Below, in pieces: positions 17,886-26,328 of a DNA stretch of 32,000 nucleotides (positions within the stretch are counted from its first letter, which is position 1; every line of letters starts with the position of its first letter). Origin of the DNA: Cellulosilyticum ruminicola JCM 14822 (lineage in GTDB: Bacteria > Bacillota > Clostridia > Lachnospirales > Cellulosilyticaceae); assembly GCF_001311925.1 (NCBI RefSeq), contig NZ_BBCG01000003.1:92681-124680 (forward strand), given 5' to 3'. The notes beneath the pieces were generated by a model that was given only the letters and a program-made list of their open reading frames with translations, was not told where the DNA came from and ran no database searches. A program made the position numbers and the translations under genes.

Positions 17886-18647
17886 TTAATCACTTATCTT
17901 CTTTAGCACTTCAATCTTTAATTTAACTTCTTCCATAGCTATATCTAAAGTAGAGTTTGTCTTGTAGAAAACCTTTCCTACTGAATAATTTAATTTTTCA
18001 CTATGAAATGGCCCTAGTATTTCTTTTAAATTGTTTTTCGTGTCATATTGTGTAATTTTAAGCGCATCTAATATCTGACGATATAAAGCATTATCTGTTA
18101 AATGTACTTTTAACAGCATATCCCCATCATAACAAATCTTCAAATGTGCCCCTTGATCAATAACAAGTCCTGGACTATAACGTTCTTCTCTCATGCCACA
18201 CATACGACTTTCCCTTCTTTCCGGATTCATTCCTTCATCCTTGCCTTGAATAATTAAACTTCCATTGATTTGAATATTTCCTTTTACTCTTACATTTCCT
18301 TTACTTATAATCACCCCATTAAATACATTCAACTTCTTATCTGTAGCTATTAAAGTTAAAGTCCCATTTCCGCCATTAATTATTAAGCCAGGGCATCCTA
18401 CAAGGCTACTTCCTTCTATGTGATATAACTTACTTACATCAACTATTTCATCATTTTCATCTATAATAATTACTGGATTACTAGAAGACCAACCCTCATC
18501 ACACTTTATAGGTAAATCTTCTATTACCTCATCAAAGCCTAAAGACTGCGGAACATCTTTTTCATCTACCTTGCCATAAAATACACTTTGCTTGGCAATT
18601 ATATACCCACGAAGTCCTAAATAATCACTTTTAAATGTCTCATTTTT
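17886..18647 (-). pseudogene. 3' portion of the large PilX-like gene, displaced by a 1-nt frameshift
   Basis: The frame is open from 18647 to the stop at 17886 (253 codons), but it has no ATG, GTG or TTG before the TTG at 18332. It overlaps the last 31 nt of ORF 18617..20494 in the -1 frame. It carries the same kind of Asn/Gly-rich repeats (LIINGGNGTLTL, NVFNGVIISKGNVRVKGNIQINGSLIIQG) as the upstream ORF. Confidence 0.6.
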
Positions 18648-20494
18648 TCATGATAACACTTCCCATACATCAGTGCTTTCTTATACCATTTATACACCTC
18701 TCCTAAGCCTTCATAATACTCAGCTTTCTCTTTTGTCTGTGCTAAAATATAGTCTACCCCTTCGTAGTCTCCTCTACTCGTATAGTTTTTAAGCTGCCAT
18801 ACTGTATTTCCCTTTAAATCAGACGTATCAAATCCTTTCATAAAAAACTTTTTAGCTGTATCTTCTGATATTGCTCTTGCTAATGAAGTTGTATTGTTCG
18901 CTGAAATTTTAGCGGGTGCATAAGATGTATTTAAAATATCTGTGCTATATAATTGAATCTTATCTCTTTGAATAAATGGACTATATGGTGACTCTATCTC
19001 CAAATAACTTGCATTACTTTCCCTCTCTTCCCCCACCTCATATCCTTCCCATAAATCAATTTCACAAAAAGGTGCACCTACACTCTCCCAAAGCTTCATC
19101 GGTAAATCACTGTGTGCTACAGTTATATAAGGTTGTCCATTTACTAAAATACGATCAGTTAAAATCCGTGTATTTTCGCCTTGTACAAACACACCACTAC
19201 TCACATTAGGCTTATTCAAGCATCTCTTCTCTCCTCTAAAATCACTGCCATCACTTACACCAAAAATCGTTCCATCAATGCTTATTTGAGCTGTTCTAAT
19301 CCATTTACTAATTAATACATCGTTTTCTGCAAAAACATTTTGCCCTATATGAATGCTTAAATTACTTCCCTGCTTCTGCATTTCAAAAGGGATTTGATTA
19401 TTTCCCTCTTTATAATAATCATCTACAATGCCAACTGTATTGGCTATAAGATCTCCTCTTAAAACTTCTATTTGCGTTGCTAAACCGTATTTATCCATTT
19501 TATTAGACCATCCATTAGTGGCAATAATATTATTGACACATACTAAGTCACCATTTTTTACTTTCAGCTTTCCGCCATTACTTACAATAATACCGCCATT
19601 TCGTGTAATCTCAGAAGATAAACTTTCACCATTTCTAAAAATCGCATCTTTGTGTATCTGACCACTGCCTTTAACTTGCAAATCTCCATTTTCTACTTCT
19701 AAACTGCCACCGTTTGTAATAACTACATCTGAAAAACTAATCAAACCACTAGCTAAAATTTCTGGCGGACGTGCTGCCCAAATATAATTTTCATGAATTT
19801 GATTTGTCATATCTTGAGATATATGTATTTTCACCATTGCAACTACGCTTTGTGTATCATACAAGCTATTATCTTTTATATTTTTAGTCATTGCTGTAGC
19901 CATAATCTTAATTTGCGTTTGATCTATTACTTCTCTCCCTTTTACACTATTTTTAACAGGTAACACTTTCACCGTTATAGTTGTTCTATACGGACTTGTA
20001 TAATCACTACTAACCTCTTCAGAAATCACATACTGATTGATTAAATATTTTTGCGTAATCAACTCATAAATTCTTTTTTGCAATTGCTTCACAAATACTT
20101 CATCAACTATCTTTAATTGCCCCTTTTCATATACAAACGGTTCATATTTCTCACATAACCTATCCGCTTTCATCGCTCCTAGTTTCTCAATGTCATTTTC
20201 AAAAACTGTAAGTCTTTCTATATATTGCTTTGAAATATCTTTTATTAATAAATCTATCTCATTTTCCAACTCATTATTCATACATGCTACTTGTTTTTCC
20301 ACTGCTCCACATGCTAAATAATACGTATTACTTGTTTCTTTTCTCAAATTCACCAAATGCATTTGTAAACTTGCACTATGCATACATACCATTGTCAATA
20401 TCAATAAAGCCAACAATATAATCACAACTACAAATAAAACATTTCCATCTTGTTTCCTTTGATCATCCTCAAGTTTATTATTCTTCCCCATCAT
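18617..20494 (-). CDS. Large PilX-like / tip-associated pilus protein, 5' portion of a probably about 870-aa gene
   Basis: 625 aa. It has an N-terminal hydrophobic anchor (NVLFVVVIILLALLILTMVCM) with no G|F..E cleavage motif, as in PilX_N-type proteins. It has internal repeats ITNGGSLEVENGDLQVKG and VSNGGKLKVKNGDLVCVN. Its ATG directly abuts the TAG of the upstream gene. Confidence 0.6.
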   Translation of the reverse strand: MMGKNNKLEDDQRKQDGNVLFVVVIILLALLILTMVCMHSASLQMHLVNLRKETSNTYYLACGAVEKQVACMNNELENEIDLLIKDISKQYIERLTVFENDIEKLGAMKADRLCEKYEPFVYEKGQLKIVDEVFVKQLQKRIYELITQKYLINQYVISEEVSSDYTSPYRTTITVKVLPVKNSVKGREVIDQTQIKIMATAMTKNIKDNSLYDTQSVVAMVKIHISQDMTNQIHENYIWAARPPEILASGLISFSDVVITNGGSLEVENGDLQVKGSGQIHKDAIFRNGESLSSEITRNGGIIVSNGGKLKVKNGDLVCVNNIIATNGWSNKMDKYGLATQIEVLRGDLIANTVGIVDDYYKEGNNQIPFEMQKQGSNLSIHIGQNVFAENDVLISKWIRTAQISIDGTIFGVSDGSDFRGEKRCLNKPNVSSGVFVQGENTRILTDRILVNGQPYITVAHSDLPMKLWESVGAPFCEIDLWEGYEVGEERESNASYLEIESPYSPFIQRDKIQLYSTDILNTSYAPAKISANNTTSLARAISEDTAKKFFMKGFDTSDLKGNTVWQLKNYTSRGDYEGVDYILAQTKEKAEYYEGLGEVYKWYKKALMYGKCYHEKMRHLKVII

Positions 20495-21649
20495 CTACTC
20501 CCCAATATAAAAATCAATCATCCTTTTAATCAACTTTCCTTTTTTTCCTATAATAGGTGATTTTTCTCTTGTAGTAACCATAATAATAAAATCATCATTT
20601 CGACTATTAGACGTCGTCCTAACCAAATTAATTTTTCCATTTTCATTATTCAACACACTGACCTTAATTTTTTCATCAATTTCCGTCAATGTATCTACCC
20701 CTTCTAGGGCATCCCTGATAATACGTATTGTTTGCTCATTTGATGTTTCATTCTCAAACTGTAACACAAATGTCTTAATCTCTTGATTAAGCTCTATCTG
20801 ATTCTTTGCCTTATTGATTTTTCTTAAAAGGCCATTCACATTAACTTCAATAATGCCCGGCCTATTCTCTTTTTTAGAAGATGTAATAATATATCTTAAT
20901 CCTTCAATCTTTCCTTTTGCATCTCTTAATATAATTGGTTTAACCTTACTTTGCCCATCTTTGAAATTATTTACGACTTCTAACCGACTTACTTCATTAA
21001 ATCTATCTGCTTGTTCTAGGTCGTTTGCCGTTAATGTAATAACCTGCTTATCCGTAGGCTCTTTAGAATTCCTTTTGCCTTCATATTTTTCTATTACCTT
21101 ACTAATAGCCTTCTCTTCTTGTTCTTGCACTGTATCAAAGACCTCATTTATATCCGAATAAAAACTAATCCCCTTTGATAACTGCGCCTTATCACATACG
21201 GCTGTCTTTTCTTCTTTCCATTCTTTTAAGGGCCAAATCATGACTTCATATGCATAACGTTGTATTTCATAATCTTTTTCTAACTCTTCCATTGTCCTAT
21301 GCACAAGAAACGACTCTAACCTTAATCTATTCCCTATATTTTCAGTATTCTCTAGCCAATCTTGAATACTTCTGCTTAATTTCGAATCAGGATATACTTC
21401 AATTTGTATATTTTCTTTTTGCCTTTTAAGGCATACCTCTTCCTCTAATTGCTCCTTAACATTTGCCATTAATGCCTCTGTATAATACACGCCTTTTTCT
21501 ACTGCATTTGATGCTGCATATATCTTACGGTTTATTACAAAACTCATACAAATAGGAGCAATTACTAAAGTAACTAATGCCAAACTTATGACAAACTCTG
21601 TATAAGTAAAACCTTTATTTTTTAGTTTTTTCCCTATGGATTTTCTCAT
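20495..21649 (-). CDS. Large type IV minor pilin-like protein
   Basis: 384 aa with a class III signal, MRKSIGKKLKNKG|FTYTEFVISLALVTLVIAP, followed by a long charged domain of unknown fold. Confidence 0.7.
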   Translation of the reverse strand: MRKSIGKKLKNKGFTYTEFVISLALVTLVIAPICMSFVINRKIYAASNAVEKGVYYTEALMANVKEQLEEEVCLKRQKENIQIEVYPDSKLSRSIQDWLENTENIGNRLRLESFLVHRTMEELEKDYEIQRYAYEVMIWPLKEWKEEKTAVCDKAQLSKGISFYSDINEVFDTVQEQEEKAISKVIEKYEGKRNSKEPTDKQVITLTANDLEQADRFNEVSRLEVVNNFKDGQSKVKPIILRDAKGKIEGLRYIITSSKKENRPGIIEVNVNGLLRKINKAKNQIELNQEIKTFVLQFENETSNEQTIRIIRDALEGVDTLTEIDEKIKVSVLNNENGKINLVRTTSNSRNDDFIIMVTTREKSPIIGKKGKLIKRMIDFYIGE

Positions 21650-21672
21650 ACTATCACATCCTATTTATGCCC

Positions 21673-22839
21673 TTAACTTATTTTTATACTCCCTTTTGAT
21701 TCTCCCTTTGAAAGCTCTTCTTCAAATTCATTGTAAATATGGACATTTTCTAGCAAACTTCCATTCAACTTCACCTCTAAATCCTCTTCTAAATCATTAT
21801 AAATATAGATATATATTTGCGGCATTACTTCTTGAATTTGCCGCATAGTAGACTCAAGATAAAGTATAGGCTTTTTCACTTGTATCGTGCAGGAGTCTTG
21901 CTTAACATTCCCTTTTTCGTCTTCTATCTTTATGCTATAACCTACTTGGTCTATTTTAAGTGTCATATAAATATTTTCCTTGGAAATAAGTCCTGCGTGC
22001 TTTTCACCTGGTCCACTTAATTTATACGTTTCACCAGACGTAAAGAGATCTACTAAAGTAATTTCAAAAATATCTCTTCCACTTTCTTCATCAAATATTT
22101 CTTGACTTACTTCAATACTTTCATCTACTCTATCACTTTTTTCATTCATATCTTTATTATAAACATTCGTAAAAGGAGCTTCATTATGAATAACCCCCTG
22201 TGTTTCACTTCTATCTTTTTCTGTTTTACCTTCTTGTGTATACATTACTAACCTTAACTGTGTTTGTACAACTTCTGATAAATCTTTTCCAAAGTGTTCT
22301 TGCAAAACCTTCATCTCATCTTTATCGTTTATTTCTTGAACTTGATTTGTTAACATCACGTTTTGAATCGTTATCATTTCCCGGGCATTATTTAAATTTC
22401 TAATAAAAGTCTTTGCTTCATCATATGAGCTTATAAAGTCTAATATATAATATTGTTTAATAATATTCCCAACATCTCCTTTATAAACTTCTCTTCCTTC
22501 ATCTGTAATCTTAAACTGATATAAGCCATTTAATTTCATATATTGATTTAAGGTATACATTTGCAATACCATTGTATCCTCTTCTGGTATGCTACTTTGA
22601 AGCGCCGCTTCCTTCGTCTGCATTACCTCCAACTGTAACTGTAGCTGCTGTATTTTCCCTAGTCCTTCATTTAATTCCTGTAATTTACTTTCACCTGTTG
22701 CAATACTTTCATTTTGATCAGCTATACACTGCTTGAGCTTAGGATATCTTTGCATCATATAATAGCTTTGCAAAATTAAAATAATGCACAATATACTCAT
22801 TCCTATTTTTTGTTCCATCATTACTGAATTTTTTTTCAT
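21673..22839 (-). CDS. pilO: PilO-like pilus assembly protein with a C-terminal extension of about 200 aa
   Basis: Start chosen at ATG 22839 (AAAGGGGA Shine-Dalgarno sequence, just after the pilMN stop). It has a transmembrane helix (IGMSILCIILILQSYYMM), a coiled coil (LQELNEGLGKIQQLQLQLEVMQ) and a PilO-type core (SSIPEEDTMVLQMY...ISSYDEAKTFIRNLNN). Confidence 0.7.
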   Translation of the reverse strand: MKKNSVMMEQKIGMSILCIILILQSYYMMQRYPKLKQCIADQNESIATGESKLQELNEGLGKIQQLQLQLEVMQTKEAALQSSIPEEDTMVLQMYTLNQYMKLNGLYQFKITDEGREVYKGDVGNIIKQYYILDFISSYDEAKTFIRNLNNAREMITIQNVMLTNQVQEINDKDEMKVLQEHFGKDLSEVVQTQLRLVMYTQEGKTEKDRSETQGVIHNEAPFTNVYNKDMNEKSDRVDESIEVSQEIFDEESGRDIFEITLVDLFTSGETYKLSGPGEKHAGLISKENIYMTLKIDQVGYSIKIEDEKGNVKQDSCTIQVKKPILYLESTMRQIQEVMPQIYIYIYNDLEEDLEVKLNGSLLENVHIYNEFEEELSKGESKGSIKIS

Positions 22840-22852
22840 TATAAATCCCCTT

Positions 22853-24526
22853 TTAACTTTCTTCTTTACCTTCTTCAAATAGCATTTCTTGCTGCATTTC
22901 ATCTTCTTCATCTAAGCTTTCTTCTTCAAACAGTTCCCCATCATTTTCAATACGACTTATGTGTGGCATTATTTTCAATGTATAGTTCATTTGCTTCTGC
23001 CCGATTTCATCCTCATTATTAATTGTTAACTTTATATTTTCACGCCCATAATTATTCTGTAACATATCCATATACTGACTAATCATCTTATAATACAAAG
23101 CATTACCCTCTATAGTTACTTCATACGTATCTCCCGATTGATTTAGGTTTAATGTATCAATCGTTACACCTTTAGGAACACATGTTATAAAACTATCCAA
23201 AACACGTTCACTAATAAAAGCTGTACCTTTTAACACATTATACTGTCTTTCCCATTTTTCTAAGTTTATACGCCCATCATTCAACCCTTGCATAATTTCT
23301 TTTATTTTTCTATACTTAGGTCCTTCTATTTTTTCCTCTACAACTTTTAATCGCTCCTGTGCCTTCTGTAATTGCACTACAGGATTTATAATAAAAACAG
23401 CACAAAAAATTAAACTTTCTACTAAGCCAGCTATAACAATTATACGTTTCCATCTTTTATATTGCTGCTTATAACTATATTGTTCTAGCAATAAATTAAT
23501 TTGTTTTTTCTGCCTTCTCAAACGACTATTATAACCATTCATTACCCCCAATATATTAATAAGTAGATGTTTATATGGCATCAATATGATATTAGTTGCT
23601 TCCTCCACCTTATTTAAGCTACTTATTTTTTCTACAGGAATTTTAAAAACATCATGTATATATGATCTAATACCTTTTAGCATACTGCCCCCACCTATTA
23701 AATAAATCGTTTTAATAGGCCCTTTAGAAAAATTACTCTCATAGAACTGCAAGAGCCGCTCCATTTCTACAATAATATTTTCCTGAATCTGCTCTAATAT
23801 CATTGTACTTAATACGTCGTCTTCCATTTTCTTTTCTTGATCTGTACCATAGTTGTCATATTCATAAGTTCTTTTATGGATATGTACTATCCCAAAGTCT
23901 ATCTGTCTTGTCAGCACAGTACTGCCTTTTGAAATAATAGTCATAATAGTTGTTTCGTTTCCAACATCTATGATCATTATATTTTCATCTTGCTCGTAGG
24001 CAATATAACCATTCTTTCCAAATACAAACTCTAATGCTTCAGAAGGTACTGTTAGAAATACAAGTTCTTTCTTTATAGTTTTCATGATTTCTGTTATATT
24101 ACATATATTCTGTCTAGGCATTGCTACAATACGTATTTCAAGTTCTTCTTCCCTTACTCCATTTAAAATCTTATAATCAATTTGATAATCGCCTTTTTTC
24201 ATGGGTAAGTACTGCGTTGTATGCTTTTGTAAAGCTGCTTTAATCATCCGATCTGACATTTTACCTATCTTTATATCTCGTACAATCATCTCTTTTCCAC
24301 TAACTACTGCAACTACTTTCTTGGCCTTATACCCTTTTAGTTTTATTTCTCTTAGTAAAAGATTTTTAACAAGCTCTATATTTTGAACATCCCCATCTTT
24401 TATACTTCCTTCAGGCATCTTGATTAAAGAAAATTTCCTAATCTTAAGATTTTGAGATGTTTTAAATCCTTCAATGATTTTAATATAATAGCTTCCAAAT
24501 TCTATTCCCATAATCCATTCGCCCAT
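22853..24526 (-). CDS. pilM: PilM-PilN fusion (actin-like ATPase fold plus transmembrane helix and PilN-like domain)
   Basis: Start chosen at ATG 24526 (GAGGAGG 6 nt upstream); the track's TTG at 24541 lies inside that Shine-Dalgarno sequence. The N-terminus MGIEFGSYYIKIIEG and the IDVGNETT and LIGGGS motifs are PilM/FtsA-like. A transmembrane helix (IIVIAGLVESLIFCAVFII) follows, then a PilN-like domain and an acidic tail. Confidence 0.8.
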   Translation of the reverse strand: MGEWIMGIEFGSYYIKIIEGFKTSQNLKIRKFSLIKMPEGSIKDGDVQNIELVKNLLLREIKLKGYKAKKVVAVVSGKEMIVRDIKIGKMSDRMIKAALQKHTTQYLPMKKGDYQIDYKILNGVREEELEIRIVAMPRQNICNITEIMKTIKKELVFLTVPSEALEFVFGKNGYIAYEQDENIMIIDVGNETTIMTIISKGSTVLTRQIDFGIVHIHKRTYEYDNYGTDQEKKMEDDVLSTMILEQIQENIIVEMERLLQFYESNFSKGPIKTIYLIGGGSMLKGIRSYIHDVFKIPVEKISSLNKVEEATNIILMPYKHLLINILGVMNGYNSRLRRQKKQINLLLEQYSYKQQYKRWKRIIVIAGLVESLIFCAVFIINPVVQLQKAQERLKVVEEKIEGPKYRKIKEIMQGLNDGRINLEKWERQYNVLKGTAFISERVLDSFITCVPKGVTIDTLNLNQSGDTYEVTIEGNALYYKMISQYMDMLQNNYGRENIKLTINNEDEIGQKQMNYTLKIMPHISRIENDGELFEEESLDEEDEMQQEMLFEEGKEES

Positions 24527-24549
24527 TATGCCCCTCCTCAAAATACCTT

Positions 24550-25116
24550 TTACCTCTTATACTTTAATGACTCATCCACTTTAATTTTTGTTTTTAATGC
24601 CGTTTCCTCTTGACTGCCTATATAACATGTAACTTCTACATAATCAGTATTGTAATTCCATGCTATATCAATTGCATCCACCATATCACTAATTAAATTT
24701 TGTGTCACACTATTATCAGCTCTATATAGCAAGCTATATTTTCCCTCATTCTTATTACTATTGGTATTTAACTTAATGCGTCCTTGCATACCATCCGCTG
24801 AATAAATCCGCATCTCTTTTAGTTTTCCTTCTATAGGGCAATCTTCTAAATTTCTATGCGGCTTAACTACTTGTTGTCCTTTTACAGTAGCTACTATAAA
24901 CTCAATTTCTTCTGCATTCCTAATCTCATCCCTTATAAACTGACTTACAACCCTTGCCTCAGTATCATACATATTCTTTCTTTGAAAATTTTCTACATCT
25001 CTACAACTTTCATAAAAGAATCCCAATATACTCTGAAACAAATAAGCTGACAGTAAAATAACCATAACTGTTTCCAACAAACTATATCCTAAATCGCTCA
25101 CCTTAGTATGTTTCAT
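24550..25116 (-). CDS. Type IV minor pilin-like protein
   Basis: 188 aa with a class III signal-like N-terminus, MKHTKVSDLG|YSLLETVMVILLSAYLF (Glu +5). Confidence 0.7.
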   Translation of the reverse strand: MKHTKVSDLGYSLLETVMVILLSAYLFQSILGFFYESCRDVENFQRKNMYDTEARVVSQFIRDEIRNAEEIEFIVATVKGQQVVKPHRNLEDCPIEGKLKEMRIYSADGMQGRIKLNTNSNKNEGKYSLLYRADNSVTQNLISDMVDAIDIAWNYNTDYVEVTCYIGSQEETALKTKIKVDESLKYKR

Positions 25117-25180
25117 CTTGTTTAAATACCCACCATGTTTTTATAAAACTGCATAATCTGTTCTCCCCATAAAATCATAA

Positions 25181-25816
25181 TCATCGTGCACCACATAGCC
25201 AAGGTCCAAAAGGATAAGCCTCACTTTTCCTACGTATAATATATAAAATAGTTCCTACTATTAATGCCATTACACTTGCTATCAGTAACATAATAATTAA
25301 TTTTTCAATTCCCACATAAATTCCTAACATCCCCATAATACGTACATCTCCAAAACCTAAACCCTCTATTTTTCTTACTTTAAGAAACCACATATAAATT
25401 ACATAAAAGAAACCATAGCCTAAAATGCCCGCTACAATACAGTCCCACAAATAAAACCAATCATAAAGCATAAGACTTAAAGCAGCTTTAAATCCAACAC
25501 CTATTCCACTACCTATTAAAATAATAGAAGTTGGTAAAATCATAAACTTTAAGTCTACACATATTAATAGCATAAGTACACACCAAAAACTCATATTCAT
25601 CCACATCATAAAGGATATACCATATTGTTTATAACAAAGTGTCCCCATTAAAAATATTCCTATTTCTATTGCTATAAAGCCCCATAAACATTGTTTCTTT
25701 TGAATAACACGACCTTCCATTTGCTTTATAACCCTCATCATGCAAATATTTAAAAAACAACCACTTATTATTCCTAGCACTATAAGTCCAACCACTTTCA
25801 CTCCTCCTCTAAACAT
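25181..25816 (-). CDS. pilD: Prepilin peptidase (A24 family). As sequenced it is C-terminally truncated by a frameshift; the restored gene would span 25122..25816
   Basis: Both catalytic Asp contexts are present (ICVDLKFMILP and GLGFGDVRIMGMLG). The frame ends at PFGPWLCGAR*, while the conserved tail LAMWCTMIMILWGEQIMQFYKNMVGI* is in the adjacent frame. A GTG at 25795 with an AGGAGG Shine-Dalgarno sequence is an alternative start. Confidence 0.8.
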   Translation of the reverse strand: MFRGGVKVVGLIVLGIISGCFLNICMMRVIKQMEGRVIQKKQCLWGFIAIEIGIFLMGTLCYKQYGISFMMWMNMSFWCVLMLLICVDLKFMILPTSIILIGSGIGVGFKAALSLMLYDWFYLWDCIVAGILGYGFFYVIYMWFLKVRKIEGLGFGDVRIMGMLGIYVGIEKLIIMLLIASVMALIVGTILYIIRRKSEAYPFGPWLCGAR

Positions 25817-25825
25817 TCTAATAAG

Positions 25826-26290
25826 CTATGATTTAGGTAACGTAACACCTTTTTCACCTGATTTTACAATCCAAAATTCTTTATTAGGATCGCTCGTTCT
25901 TAACCGATTATAAACAGTCTCATTCACAACTAACACAAAATGTCTTAATTCATCAGAATACATGCACATGGCCCCATCTGTTTGAATGATAATCATATTA
26001 TTCTTTAAATACTTATCATCTAAAAAATCTTCTTCTTTTAAAGCTTCAATTACTGATTGGTCTAACGGACTTCCCTTTTTAATTTTTCCTGGTTCAATAC
26101 CTACATCTGCCTTATATAAATCTATCTGCTGCTGTAAGGCCTTAACTGTTGTAACATCTGATGTCAGCCTTGCTCTTGCAGATATGGTCGTAAATTGTGG
26201 TACTAATGTCGCCCCTAAAATTGCCATAATGGCTAGCACCACAATCAATTCTAGTAGCGAAAACCCATATTCATTTTTTCCACTTCTCAT
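25826..26290 (-). CDS. pilA: Type IV major pilin candidate
   Basis: 154 aa with a class III signal, MRSGKNEYG|FSLLELIVVLAIMAILGATLVP. AGGAG Shine-Dalgarno sequence upstream. It lies between pilC and pilD. Confidence 0.85.
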   Translation of the reverse strand: MRSGKNEYGFSLLELIVVLAIMAILGATLVPQFTTISARARLTSDVTTVKALQQQIDLYKADVGIEPGKIKKGSPLDQSVIEALKEEDFLDDKYLKNNMIIIQTDGAMCMYSDELRHFVLVVNETVYNRLRTSDPNKEFWIVKSGEKGVTLPKS

Positions 26291-26328
26291 ACCACTACTC
26301 CTAAACTATATTTCTTAAATTACTTATG

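Noticed and set aside
22840-22911. Lys-rich 24-residue N-terminal extension of the pilO-like ORF in the track (MKKMKCSKKCYLKKVKKKVKRGFI)
   Set aside because: It overlaps the acidic tail of pilMN in another frame. The ATG at 22839 has a proper Shine-Dalgarno sequence and lies just after the pilMN stop. The extension looks like a frame artefact of the A-rich sequence.
24527-24541. TTG start for pilMN used by the ORF track
   Set aside because: The TTG lies within the GAGGAGG ribosome-binding site that serves the ATG at 24526.
25122-25154. 10-codon micro-ORF (MQFYKNMVGI) with a GGGGAG Shine-Dalgarno-like sequence, in the gap between pilD and the minor pilin gene
   Set aside because: It is the in-frame end of the displaced pilD C-terminus (…ILWGEQIMQFYKNMVGI*), not an independent small gene.
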